Shown here piece by piece: positions 27,521 to 38,725 of a stretch of DNA of 64,000 bases; position 1 is the stretch's first letter, and every line of letters begins with the position of its first letter. The position numbers and the translations under genes were made by a program. The DNA comes from an uncultured virus (IMG/VR IMGVR_UViG_3300037307_000895) (lineage: Duplodnaviria; Heunggongvirae; Uroviricota; Caudoviricetes). The notes beneath the pieces were generated by a model that saw nothing but the letters and a program-made list of their open reading frames with translations, searched no databases and was not told the origin of the DNA. The DNA is taken from IMG/VR virus record IMGVR_UViG_3300037307_000895. The stretch is one strand, 5' to 3'.

Positions 27521-28518
27521 AAAGAAAAGAAAAAATTTGGTTTCTATCACCACCTGTTAGTGTACCGACAGGTGGTATAAATAATTTTTATAGACTGTGT
27601 GATTTAGCAAATGAATTAGGAATTGAATCCTATGTTTTAAGTGTTGGTCCATACTCACATCCAGATCCTTCTAACCTTTCTAAATACTGGAGAAAAGTTG
27701 AAGAAATTGGATTTAGATATGATATGTTTAATAGTCCTCTTATTAGTGATGGTGATATTGTTGTTCAACCAGAAATTTATAATTGGAAACCATTTTTTTC
27801 TGTTCCCGTTAGAAGAGTTACTTACATTCAGAATTGGGCATTAGTTAGTAACCATTCATTTGAAAACCACTATTGGGTCTATAACAACATGACACATCTT
27901 ACTTATTGTATCGAAGCAGTAAGGTGTTCATTTTTAACAGATGATTTTTTGCTGAAAGGAGGAAATATGGAATTAGAAGAAACACGAGGATTTATAGAAT
28001 CTAAAAAAATAAAATGGTCAACAGTTTCACCCTATTTTAATAAAGAAGATTTCAAAATATCTACTAAGGATATCGATATAGTAATGTTTCCGAGAAAATC
28101 GCCACAGTTAGCTGAAATGGCTAAAAGTCATTTTGGTGATAAATTGATGTTGGTTGATGGTGTATCTCCGGAAGAAGTAAAAGAGATTATAAGTCGTGCA
28201 AAGATTGTAATTTTACCATCAGCAGCAGAAGGATTGTGTTTCCCAGCAATAGAGGCTATATTATCAGGCACCGTTGTTGCAACATGGAATTGTGGAGCTC
28301 CTGAAGATTATATCATTGATGGTTATACAGGAATATTATCAGAATATGGTAATATGAATCAATTGATTAATAAAGTAGAAAATGTTTTGAATGGTGGAGT
28401 AGAAAATATAACCAAAAATGCTTATGAACTAATAACAGGATGGTACAATAAAGAAAATGCTAAAAGAGAATTATTGGTAAGTTATTTCTCTACTTTATCA
28501 ACAAAACCAGAATATTAA
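27508..28518 (+). CDS. glycosyltransferase family 4
   Basis: PTGGINNFY; LPSAAEGLCFPAIEA; IIDGYTG. Confidence 0.8.
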   Translation: MDNVKRKEKIWFLSPPVSVPTGGINNFYRLCDLANELGIESYVLSVGPYSHPDPSNLSKYWRKVEEIGFRYDMFNSPLISDGDIVVQPEIYNWKPFFSVPVRRVTYIQNWALVSNHSFENHYWVYNNMTHLTYCIEAVRCSFLTDDFLLKGGNMELEETRGFIESKKIKWSTVSPYFNKEDFKISTKDIDIVMFPRKSPQLAEMAKSHFGDKLMLVDGVSPEEVKEIISRAKIVILPSAAEGLCFPAIEAILSGTVVATWNCGAPEDYIIDGYTGILSEYGNMNQLINKVENVLNGGVENITKNAYELITGWYNKENAKRELLVSYFSTLSTKPEY

Positions 28519-29895
28519 TTAGATAATTTAATATTTATAATATGTGTGAGTATTTCAAATCTATCATATTGGTGTATTATGCTATAAGGATTTTTATTAT
28601 CATTTACTATTAATCCTGATCTATCTATAGTAAAAAAATTACTGTGTCCAGCTGTTAATATCTTACTATCTTTAGAAGAGTGTAATTTTATTTTTTCTTT
28701 AAATGTTAAGCAATATTTTATTGGTACTGACTGTTCCATTATTAATAGGTTATTACCATTATCAAGGTGTGAATTTTCTGATATAGAATTGGTTACAAAA
28801 TCTAAAAAATGTTTCAAATTATTAGAATTTCCTTTTATAATACCACCATTTATTATCGTTTGATTTTTTATTTTTTGTAAATAATCTTCACCATAAAGTG
28901 CTCTTATCCAATGTGAGTTTATCCAACATTCTTCGATTGTCTTATCTTCTAATCCAAAATGTATAAATTCTTCTTCAATAAAAACATCAAAGGGATTAGA
29001 CTGAAAAAAAAACATCTCTTATATCCATGAAAATAATATTAGAATATTCTAATTCTTCAATAACTTTTTTATATATAAATGGTCTTAGATTATTGATACT
29101 ATTAAATTTTATATCAATAAAATCATAATCTATCAATTTGTTTGTTATTTCAAAATTTGTTTCTAAATTAATATTTATTTTTTCATATGATATAATTATT
29201 AATTCACCCATAAATGTTGTTTTTGATAAACTTTTTATAAAAGGTAATATTATATCCGCATCATATCCCGCAGCCAGTGTTATTATGACATCTTTATTTT
29301 TTTTGATAAAAAGTGCATCGATATGATGTAGGTTTAAATTTGGATTTATATGTTCTTCTAAAATGCAAACTTTACTAAATCCTATTTCATTCATATATCC
29401 AACCACTTCATCGTGCAATGGAGCCCCTTGATTATATTCTGATAGAGATAATTCTAATATAACACCTTTGGCTTTCTTAAATGTATTTATACCACCCCTT
29501 ATAATATCGAGCTCTGAACCTTGTGTATCTACTTTAATTAAATCAAAATTTTCTTGATTTATTATATCATCTAATTTATTTCCCCTTTTTGTAACTATTT
29601 TTAATTCATGTTCTGAATAAAAAGGTGTTAACTCTTTATATACAGAATCTCCGGTTGATATAGGGTTTGAATTTTTATAAAAATTATAAAGATTATTATC
29701 TTTCGTAATAAGTCCAATAAAATAATTATTTGTTAAAGATTTCAAATATGGTTCACATTCTTCTGATGCTTCTATTAAAAAAATATAACTATCTGGAAAT
29801 TCTGATATACATTCTCTGTAAAATTGACCAATATTAGCTCCTATATCTAATACTTTATTTGGAATAAAATATTCTCTTATTTTTTTCAAATTCAT
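28515..29895 (-). pseudogene. FkbM methyltransferase plus GT-A-like fusion, frameshifted in a T9 run
   Basis: VLDIGANIG, IKVDTQGSEL; DIRDVFF|QSNPF split across frames at 29004-29012. Confidence 0.7.
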
Positions 29896-29967
29896 ATTAA
29901 TTATATTTTTTTATTATATGAAATTTTTTATACAAGGATTAAAACAATCATAAAATATAATATATAA

Positions 29968-29999
29968 TTTGGTAAATAAAAATAACTTATTTATCTTTG
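29968..29999 (+). promoter_or_regulatory. Bacteroidetes-type promoter
   Basis: TTTG-N20-TATCTTTG directly before tRNA-Gly; no leader or terminator. Confidence 0.7.
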
Positions 30000-30010
30000 T
30001 TTAAAATCAA

Positions 30011-30083
30011 GCGGAAGTAGCTCATTTGGTAGAGCACCGTCCTTCCAAGTCGGGGGTGGCCGGTTCGAGCCCGGTCTTCCGCT
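30011..30083 (+). tRNA. tRNA-Gly(UCC)
   Basis: GCGGAAG/CTTCCGC, CTTCCAA loop. Confidence 0.9.
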
Positions 30084-30182
30084 CAAAAATGGATTTGCAA
30101 CCCATTTATTTTTAATAACATATCATTTTTCTTTGTCAAAAGGAGGATAAAAAATTTCAAAGAAATTTGAAAAAAAAGAAAA

Positions 30183-30995
30183 ATGTATATGAAACAGAAA
30201 GACTCACTTGGCGATCGTATGAAATTTTACGAATCGCAAACCTGTGTGGAAAGATTACTTCCACTAATTCCAATTGTTGCCAGACTTGATGGTAAAGGAT
30301 TTTCTAAATTCACTAAAGGTTTGAAAAGACCTTATGATGAAAGACTGTCTAATCTGATGGTTGAAACCACTAAATACTTGGTTAAAGAAACCAACGCAAA
30401 CTGTGGTTATACTCAATCTGATGAAATTACTCTTGTTTGGTATTCTGAAGATCTCGAATCTCAAGTTTACTTCGATGGTAGAATTATGAAGATGGTTTCA
30501 GACCTAGCATCTATGTGCTCTGTCTTTTTCAACTCTAAACTGCCAGAATATCTTCCTGAAAAGTCAGATAAACTTCCAAGATTCGATTGTAGAGTATTCA
30601 GTGTTCCAACTCTAACTGAAGCAGTTAATGCTTTTTATTGGAGAGAAAAAGATGCTACCAAGAACTCTATTTCCATGTCTGCTCAATCTTTTTATTCTCA
30701 CAAGGAATTGATGAATAAAAACAGTGGTGAAAAACAAGAAATGCTTTTTCAAAAAGGTGTTAATTGGAATGATTATCCTTCTTTCTTCAAAAGAGGAACT
30801 TATGTTCAACGAAAGAGAGTGTTGACTAAATTTAGCGACGAAGAACTATCTAAACTTCCACCTAAACACAATGCTAGAAAAGATCCTGATTTTGTTGTTG
30901 AAAGATGGGTTATTGATAGAGTAAATCTACCACCACTATCAAAAATTAAGAATCAAGTAGATGTAATCATCTATGGAAAAGATCCGATTGAATAG
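30183..30995 (+). CDS. thg1: tRNA-His guanylyltransferase / Thg1-like protein
   Basis: ARLDGKGFSKFT, YTQSDEITL, FDGR..K, FDCR, WREKDA.KNS. Confidence 0.92.
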   Translation: MYMKQKDSLGDRMKFYESQTCVERLLPLIPIVARLDGKGFSKFTKGLKRPYDERLSNLMVETTKYLVKETNANCGYTQSDEITLVWYSEDLESQVYFDGRIMKMVSDLASMCSVFFNSKLPEYLPEKSDKLPRFDCRVFSVPTLTEAVNAFYWREKDATKNSISMSAQSFYSHKELMNKNSGEKQEMLFQKGVNWNDYPSFFKRGTYVQRKRVLTKFSDEELSKLPPKHNARKDPDFVVERWVIDRVNLPPLSKIKNQVDVIIYGKDPIE

Positions 30996-31047
30996 ATAAA
31001 ACAAATTAATCATTTTTATATAATAAATAGAAATAGAAATTAATAAT

Positions 31048-32531
31048 ATGAAAATTTATGATTGCTTTATGTTTTCTCATGAAGTAGAATTACTTGAAAT
31101 GAGGATAAATCATATGTGGGAGTGGGTAGACTATTTTGTAATAGTAGAAGCGGACGTTACTCACAGAAATGAAAAAAAAGATTACTTATTGCCGTCCATT
31201 TTAAACACCGATTTAAAATGGGCTAAAGACAAAATAATATATTTACAATTTTCACCAAATGTGACCGACGATGTTTTTATTGAAAATCAACATTATATAG
31301 ATAATGAGCAAAGGAACTATATAATGATGGGTCTTCATAATAGCGATCCAAATGATATAATAATGATTAGTGATTTAGATGAGTTTCCAAATTATACTTG
31401 TTTAAAATTACTTAAAGATGAAAATTTTCATGTCTGTATTGATCATTATATATGCTCATTTAAAATGCTTAAATTCCGAAGGATTTTTGAATGTTAAAAT
31501 TAAAAATTCATCATGGGAGTGGTGTGGTACAGTTGTTGGTAGAAGATCTTCTTTAAGATATCCTCAGATATGGAGAACAATGAGGTGGAGTATACCATTT
31601 AGAAATGGCGGATTTCATTTTAGTTGGATTGGTTATAAAAACAATTTAAATAAAATTAAAAGAACATCACATTTTGAAGAAGAATCAAATGTCAATAGGG
31701 TAAATAGATCTATTAATAATTTTGGTATAATTGATTTTAATGAACATGAAATATACGATACAACCGAAGAAGATTTTCCAAAAGCAATTATTAATCTAAA
31801 AAATAAATATGAATATCTTTTCTATAAGGAAAATATAGTAAAATACTGTCTAAATGAAAAAGATTATTTTATAACCAGTGAACAACAAATACCAGTTTTT
31901 GAAATATTTAAAAATGAATATTATGATGAGATTCATTCTTTTATGAGTGAATGTAAAGATAAAAAAACATTTTTTGATATTGGATCCCTATACGGAATAT
32001 ATTCAATTATGTTTAAATTGGTGAATAATGACTCTTGTGTTGTAAGCTTTGATCCTTCACCGATTGCATTTGATAGATTAAAGTTTAATAACATAAATAA
32101 TAATTTTAAAGACTGGATAATAGAAAACATAGCAGTTGGTGAAAAAGACGATAATATAAATATGCATTATGAATGGGATAAATAATGATTATAATATTGG
32201 TAATTCGACAAATTATGTAAATTCTATAATGAAAAAAATAGATAGTTATGTTTTAGAAAATTCTATATATCCAGATATTATAAAAATAGACGTAGAAGGA
32301 TATGAATATCAAGTTATAATTGGAGCATACAATACTATAAAAGAACATTCTCCTGTAATTTTTATGGAATTACACGGGGAATGGATAAAAAATAATGGTT
32401 ATTCACATATTGATATATATAATTTATTATCAAATATTGGATATAAATTTTATAACCTAGATATGTCCCCTATTATTAATATTGACGAAGAATTATCAAT
32501 ATTTGCGAAAAGGGTTATTGCAAAAAAATAA
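31048..32531 (+). pseudogene. GT17-like glycosyltransferase plus FkbM methyltransferase, split into three frames
   Basis: KIYDCFMFSHEVELLE, ISDLDE, GGFHFSW; FFDIGSLYG; IKIDVEGYE. Confidence 0.65.
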
Positions 32532-32568
32532 AAATGAAAAATTAAATTAAAAATACTATCTTTGTTAG

Positions 32569-33333
32569 ATGACTATCTTTTTGGGAGACATACATGGAAA
32601 TTTTAAATACGTCAAATGGGCTATTCAAAATAGAAAATTGACGAATTGTAATATTGTGCAAGTTGGTGACTTTGGAATTGGAACTTTACCAGAGTACGAT
32701 GAGGATATTTTAGTGAGGTTTAATGAATTTCTCACAGAACATAATGTCACTATGTATGTAATTCGTGGAAATCACGATGACCCCAAATTCTTCAAGGGAA
32801 ATCATATATTCAGTCATTTAAAATTATTACCGGATTACACACAATTAGAGATTGATGGATATAATTTTCTATTCGTTGGAGGCGCCGTTTCTATTGACAG
32901 AAATTTTAGTTTAGAAAAAATGCAAATATCTGCTAGCTACGGTCAAAATAGACCTCTCTATTGGTTTGATGAAGTCTTTGTATTAGATGAAGAAAAAATC
33001 AAAAATATCAAGGGTGTAGATATCATTGTTACACACACTGCGCCTGAATGGTGTCATCCTGATAATAGAAATGGTCTCGGTGATTTTGTGATGGAGTTTG
33101 TGTATAACGACAGACAACTAGAAACAGATTTATTAGAAGAAAGAAAATTGGTTAGTAAAATGTTTAATATGTTAAAGGAAAATGGAAACCAAATTAAAAA
33201 ACATTATTATGGACATTTTCATAGAAGTGAAGTTACACTAAATGGAATGACTGAACACATTTTACTTGGAATCAATGAAATGAGAACTCTTGAAGATAGA
33301 AATGATGATTATTATGAAAAACTATTTAACTAA
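32569..33333 (+). CDS. calcineurin-like metallophosphoesterase
   Basis: GDIHG, GDFG, RGNHD, THTAP, GHFH. Confidence 0.9.
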   Translation: MTIFLGDIHGNFKYVKWAIQNRKLTNCNIVQVGDFGIGTLPEYDEDILVRFNEFLTEHNVTMYVIRGNHDDPKFFKGNHIFSHLKLLPDYTQLEIDGYNFLFVGGAVSIDRNFSLEKMQISASYGQNRPLYWFDEVFVLDEEKIKNIKGVDIIVTHTAPEWCHPDNRNGLGDFVMEFVYNDRQLETDLLEERKLVSKMFNMLKENGNQIKKHYYGHFHRSEVTLNGMTEHILLGINEMRTLEDRNDDYYEKLFN

Positions 33334-33338
33334 ATAAT

Positions 33339-33545
33339 ATGAATACAGATTTTAAACAAGACCAAAAAGTGTCTTATGACTATGGTATTATCAAAGGTAC
33401 CGGAAAGGTTGTTGGTATAGCATCAAACGGAGTTCCGTTAGTTGGAAAAACCTATATCATTGAACCTGATGTTGCATTTAATAATGAAGTGTATCCTTAC
33501 ACACATTTTGTTTGTCCCGAATTATACTTAACTACTATTAATTGA
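33339..33545 (+). CDS. hypothetical protein
   Basis: ORF track. Confidence 0.5.
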   Translation: MNTDFKQDQKVSYDYGIIKGTGKVVGIASNGVPLVGKTYIIEPDVAFNNEVYPYTHFVCPELYLTTIN

Positions 33546-33551
33546 TAAATT

Positions 33552-35483
33552 ATGAGGAAAATTATTTTATCTATTTTCACATTAATTTCTATCAGTACAT
33601 ACTCACAAACAGATACATCTAAAGTTGTTCAACTTGAAAATGTATCTGTTATGGGTATTAGAAGTGATAGAAAAACTCCAATATCTCAAAAAATAGTAAC
33701 CAAAAAACAAATTGAAAGAACCTATCAAGGTCAAGAAGTACCTATTCTTATAATGGAAAAAACTCCATCTGTTACATCATATATGGATGGTGGTCACCCA
33801 CAAGGATATACATACTTTAGGCTACGTGGTATTGACCAAACAAGGATTAATATGACACTTGATGGGGTTCCATTAAATGAACCCGAAGATCAAGGTGTTT
33901 ATACATCTAATTATCCAGGATTCACAAACTTTATTCAATCAATGCAAGTTCAAAGGGGAGTTGGTACTTCTACTAATGGTGTTGCGTCATATGGGGGTTC
34001 AATAAATTTTGTTACTAAATCAGGTTTTGAAAAAGAATCTGAAATTGCATTAGGATATGGATCTTTTAATACTATGAGATTCAATTTCTCAAATGGAACA
34101 GGTTTAAGTAAAAAGAATTTTGCTCTTTACACCAATTTATCTCTATATCAAACTGATGGGTATAGGTATAATTCTGGTGGAGATGGTGGATCTATATTTA
34201 TTAGTGGAGGTAAATATGGTGACAAAGATATCATTAAATTTTCTGCATTTAGTGGCATATCAAGAAACGGAATGGCTTGGCTTGGTGTATCTGAGGAAGA
34301 TATAAAAATAGATAAAAAAACAAATTATAATCAAAATGATGCTTGGGATGATTTTAGACAAACATTTACTCAAGGGAAATGGATAAGGAAAATAAATAGT
34401 AAAAGTAAATTCTCTACTGGATTATTTTATAATCGTTTAGACGGTTCTTATGACTATTTCATGAGTGGAAATCGATCTTTGTTTTTAGGATCCAACTTCT
34501 TTGGTTTAATCAATAATTATCAGTATAAAAGTAAAAACTTTAAATTTGATGCGGGGTTAAATATAAATACATATAATCGTGATCACAAAAATATTGAAGC
34601 CGACTATAAAAATAAAGGATTTAGAAATGAATTAAGCATTTTTTCTAAATTAAGTTATGATATTAGTAAATTTACTCTATTTACGGATCTTCAATATAGA
34701 TATAGTGATTTTTCATATGAAGGTGATGTCTCAATGGACAAACTAAAGTGGAATTTCTTTAATCCTAAATTCGGCATAGTTTATAATAAAAATAGTTATA
34801 TGAACTATTATTTTTCTATTGGAAAAACAGGTAGAGAACCAACCAGAACAAACTTATTTGGTGGATCAGATAATTTAACAACTTTAGAAAATGTATCACC
34901 CGAATCAGTAATCGATTATGAATTGGGCTTTAATAGGCGTCTGGAAAAATCGAATATACAAGCCAACTTATATTATATGGATTTCGAAAATGAAATAACT
35001 TTATTAGGTGCTATAGGAACTAATTCGCTACCTTTGATGACAAATGTTAGTAAAAGTTTTAGAAGTGGGATTGAACTGGATTATACAAGAACATCTGCTT
35101 TTGATATCATGTCAACCACTACAACTATAAACTACTCATTTAATAGAATTATAGATGGTGATACTAAATTTCAACCTCTATATACACCCGATTTAATAAT
35201 TAGTCAATCACTTGGTTTTAATTTTCATAAAATATTTCTTGAGGGAAACTTTAGATATAATAGCAAATCATATATCAGTTTAGATAATAAATATTCTATT
35301 CCTGACTTTGTAGTATTTGGAGCAAATGTGAGATATGATTATAAAAAATGGTCAGTATTAGGCCAATTAAATAATATTTTTAGTAATAATTACTACACAA
35401 TGGGATATGTAGTTGATAATGTAAAGTACTTATACACCAATGCTCCTGTTAGTTTTTACATAACAATAAAAAGGAAAATATGA
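33552..35483 (+). CDS. TonB-dependent receptor (vitamin/nucleoside uptake type)
   Basis: RLRGIDQTRINMTLDGVPLNEPE, QVQRGVGTSTNG plug; adjacent to pnuC. Confidence 0.9.
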   Translation: MRKIILSIFTLISISTYSQTDTSKVVQLENVSVMGIRSDRKTPISQKIVTKKQIERTYQGQEVPILIMEKTPSVTSYMDGGHPQGYTYFRLRGIDQTRINMTLDGVPLNEPEDQGVYTSNYPGFTNFIQSMQVQRGVGTSTNGVASYGGSINFVTKSGFEKESEIALGYGSFNTMRFNFSNGTGLSKKNFALYTNLSLYQTDGYRYNSGGDGGSIFISGGKYGDKDIIKFSAFSGISRNGMAWLGVSEEDIKIDKKTNYNQNDAWDDFRQTFTQGKWIRKINSKSKFSTGLFYNRLDGSYDYFMSGNRSLFLGSNFFGLINNYQYKSKNFKFDAGLNINTYNRDHKNIEADYKNKGFRNELSIFSKLSYDISKFTLFTDLQYRYSDFSYEGDVSMDKLKWNFFNPKFGIVYNKNSYMNYYFSIGKTGREPTRTNLFGGSDNLTTLENVSPESVIDYELGFNRRLEKSNIQANLYYMDFENEITLLGAIGTNSLPLMTNVSKSFRSGIELDYTRTSAFDIMSTTTTINYSFNRIIDGDTKFQPLYTPDLIISQSLGFNFHKIFLEGNFRYNSKSYISLDNKYSIPDFVVFGANVRYDYKKWSVLGQLNNIFSNNYYTMGYVVDNVKYLYTNAPVSFYITIKRKI

Positions 35484-36022
35484 GTTTAATAGAAATAGGA
35501 GCAGTTGTGTTTAGTTTTCTATCAGTCATAATGGCTGTTAAGAGAAGTTTGTCAACATGGATATTTGGAATATTAGGTATAGTATTTTATGGAATATTAT
35601 TCTTTCAAAGAGAGATATTCTCAAATATGTTATTACAAATGATTTTTTTAGTTCAATCATTTGTTGGTTTATATGAGTGGAAAACAAATAGAAATCAGGG
35701 CGAACTTATAGTTACTAAAATGTCAATGAAAGAATGGGTAAGTTATCTTGCTACTCTTAATATACTAATCATAGTTATGTGTCTAATGTTTGAAAAATTA
35801 GATGCCATTACAACATCAGTTAGTCTGATGGCTAATGTTTTATTAATGAATAGAAAATTAGAAAATTGGTTTTTTTGGATAATAGCGGATGTTGTCTATA
35901 TTATAATGTTCATTGAACAAAAATTATATTTGTCATCTGGTTTATATTTTGTATTTTTAATTACTTGTATTTTAGGATATTTCAAATGGAAAAACAAATT
36001 CAATGACAAAAATCTATCATAA
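35480..36022 (+). CDS. pnuC: nicotinamide riboside transporter PnuC
   Basis: Multi-TM; GLYEW, RKLENWFFWIIAD. Confidence 0.88.
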   Translation: MSLIEIGAVVFSFLSVIMAVKRSLSTWIFGILGIVFYGILFFQREIFSNMLLQMIFLVQSFVGLYEWKTNRNQGELIVTKMSMKEWVSYLATLNILIIVMCLMFEKLDAITTSVSLMANVLLMNRKLENWFFWIIADVVYIIMFIEQKLYLSSGLYFVFLITCILGYFKWKNKFNDKNLS

Positions 36023-36281
36023 AGGAAATGTTTGGGAGGTTAAATATTGTAATGAAGAACTAAAAAGTAAAAAAAGTACTTTTCATGCTCTTGTTTATGC
36101 TAAAATGGAAGACTTTGACTTGGAAGAATCAATAGTTTTAGAATATAAGTCTAGATTCTATATATGCTCATCTTTTGGAATAAGAGAATCTATAAGTAAT
36201 GCAGTTGAGTTATATCTAAGTTATTTAGTAGATGAAACAAGGGACATTAAAATTAAATTAATAAATGGTGAAAAAATATAA
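36003..36281 (+). CDS. hypothetical protein with C-terminal tag
   Basis: TRDIKIKLIN. Confidence 0.5.
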   Translation: MTKIYHKGNVWEVKYCNEELKSKKSTFHALVYAKMEDFDLEESIVLEYKSRFYICSSFGIRESISNAVELYLSYLVDETRDIKIKLINGEKI

Positions 36282-37272
36282 ATCAGGGTATGTATTAGGG
36301 AAATTTCTACCCTTTCATTTGGGTCATAAATATCTTATTGATACTGCGGTAGAAAATTGTGATAAAGTTACCGTTTTGGTAGGAACTCTTCCAAAAGAAC
36401 CGATTCCTGGTGCTCTTAGATATCAATGGGTTAAAGATACTTATAAAAATAATGACAATGTTACTGTTAAATGGTGTAATGAAATATTACCCCAACAACC
36501 AGAAGAGCACCCAGATTTTTGGAATATTTGGGTCGATGTGGTAAAAAGGTATTGTCCTGATGATATTGACGTTATATTTACCTCGGAAAGTTATGGTGAC
36601 CCGTATGCCAAGCATTTAGGAATAAAACATCATTTGGTAGATATTGAGAGAAAGAAATATCCTATATCAGGAACCCTGTGTAGAAATGAAACTTTTAAAC
36701 ATTGGGATTTGTTAACAGACGAAGCAAAGCCTTATTTTGTTAAAAAAGTTGCTATTATGGGGCCTGAGTCAACAGGCAAATCCGAGTTAACAAAAAAATT
36801 AGCTCATCATTTTGAAACAGAATTTGTTGAAGAATATGGCAGGACTGTTTATGAAGAAAATGGTAATAGTGTAAGTATATCAGATTTTATCAAAATATCT
36901 GTCGGAAGACAAAAGATAGAAGATGAGAAAATTAAAAAGGCGAATAAAATTTTATTCTGTGATACAGAAGATATAACAACCTATTATCTTTTGAAAGAAT
37001 ATTATCCAAAAAACTGGGTAGAAGTTAAACATTGGTTTTATCATAGAATGAATGATTATAGAAATTATGACTTGTATATTTTATTAAAGCCCGATTGTAA
37101 TTGGGTTCAAGATGGAACAAGAACTTTTGAAAATAATAGATGGGAACAATATGAAATAATTAAATCATTTTTGCTACAAAAAAATTGTAACTTTGTAGAG
37201 ATTGGGGGAGATTGGAATAATAGATTTAAAGAATCAATAAAAATAATTAATAAATTATGGATATCGAATTAA
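36265..37272 (+). CDS. nadR: NadR-like NMN adenylyltransferase / nicotinamide riboside kinase (no HTH)
   Basis: GKFLPFHLGH (HxGH), ISGT, GPESTGKS, EYGR, WVQDGTR. Confidence 0.92.
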   Translation: MVKKYKSGYVLGKFLPFHLGHKYLIDTAVENCDKVTVLVGTLPKEPIPGALRYQWVKDTYKNNDNVTVKWCNEILPQQPEEHPDFWNIWVDVVKRYCPDDIDVIFTSESYGDPYAKHLGIKHHLVDIERKKYPISGTLCRNETFKHWDLLTDEAKPYFVKKVAIMGPESTGKSELTKKLAHHFETEFVEEYGRTVYEENGNSVSISDFIKISVGRQKIEDEKIKKANKILFCDTEDITTYYLLKEYYPKNWVEVKHWFYHRMNDYRNYDLYILLKPDCNWVQDGTRTFENNRWEQYEIIKSFLLQKNCNFVEIGGDWNNRFKESIKIINKLWISN

Positions 37273-38248
37273 AATTAAAAGAAGTTTTGGGTGAGAAAGG
37301 ATTTAAAAGGGCCCAAATGATAGCAGAGAATAAATTTGGACACAAAACTAATTTAATAGAGAAGTATTATAACTCTTTAATAAATGGATATTTAGACATT
37401 AATGAAGAATGGTCTAATGACTTTGTGATTGAAATGATTAAAAATAAATATAATAAAGTAGAAGACAAAAGGAAGTTTATTGAAGATATTTTGAGTACCT
37501 ATGATACTAAAGATGATAGAACACGAAATCTTCTTGAAAAGTATTTGAGAGCTTTACGAAATAATAAAATATAAAAAACATGAGAGTTATTCAAGTAAGA
37601 TTTGACACAGTAATGATAACTTTGTTAATGGATAGATTGGATTTAAATGAAATCGTTAAACTAATAAATTCAGAATCAAGGTTTGGATTATATGTTGAAA
37701 ATGATAAAATTTTGATGAAGTGGAATGAAAATAATATTGAAGAGTGTTATATTGAAGATGTAACCGACCAGAGAGGAATCATACAATTTGAACAACATTA
37801 AAAAAATGATAATATGAAAATTTGGAACTTTGAAGGAAACGATGAAAACTACATCTCAGATGTCTTCAAAATACTAAAGAAGTATTCTGATGGATTCAAC
37901 GAATCACAAAAAGTATTGACTGCTCGAATCGATCCAAGAATTAACAATAATTCAGAGGCGGTATTCTCAATGAATCTTGATAATGGTTTTAATTTAATGA
38001 CTTGTACAGTTAAGTTTGACGGTTATGTGAAATTAGAAATTAACTATTACAGAGATAAAATAAAAGAAACCTTAAAAATCGGTAAAATAGAAACTCTATT
38101 AGATGAAGTTATTAAAAGTGATAAGATGGCTTCACTTATATCTCATTTAATTTTTATAAAAAAATCTGCGGATAGGATTGCCGCACAAGCGGTCCACCTT
38201 GAGGATTCAAATACTATTCGTACAAATGATCGTAATTATTGGATTTAA
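37257..38248 (+). CDS. three hypothetical proteins (37257-37574, 37580-37801, 37814-38248)
   Basis: ORF track. Confidence 0.5.
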
Positions 38249-38725
38249 ATGAAAATATTATTTTTAGATATTGATTCAGTGATGATTGTCCATGATTGGA
38301 ACAAGGCAGATCCTCCATGTGATAAGTTTGGTATGCTTCCATTTACCAAAGAATGTGTAGAAGCTCTAAATGAGATTATTCTAAGGACTGATTGTAAAAT
38401 TGTCCTTAGTTCTGACCACAAACATAATCATGATTTAGAAACTCTGAATCAAATTTTCGTTTCTAACGGTTGTAATGAAGGTCCGATTGATATAACTCCC
38501 ACATCACCACTATACAGAGGTGATAACCTTGATGACGGCAGAGCTCATGAAATTATCATGTGGATAGAAAGAGCCAACTTCAATTTTAAGTGGGTGGCGG
38601 TTGATGATTTATTTTTAGATAAAGGAGAATTTAGAGAAAAAATGAAAAATAATTTTGTTGAAACTCAAAATGGTATCCATCTTGTTAAGGATAAAATAAT
38701 AAAAATATTAAATGATTTACTTTAA
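38249..38725 (+). CDS. HAD-superfamily phosphatase (Swiss-army-knife RNA-repair type)
   Basis: ILFLDIDSV, KIVLSS, WVAVDD. Confidence 0.75.
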   Translation: MKILFLDIDSVMIVHDWNKADPPCDKFGMLPFTKECVEALNEIILRTDCKIVLSSDHKHNHDLETLNQIFVSNGCNEGPIDITPTSPLYRGDNLDDGRAHEIIMWIERANFNFKWVAVDDLFLDKGEFREKMKNNFVETQNGIHLVKDKIIKILNDLL

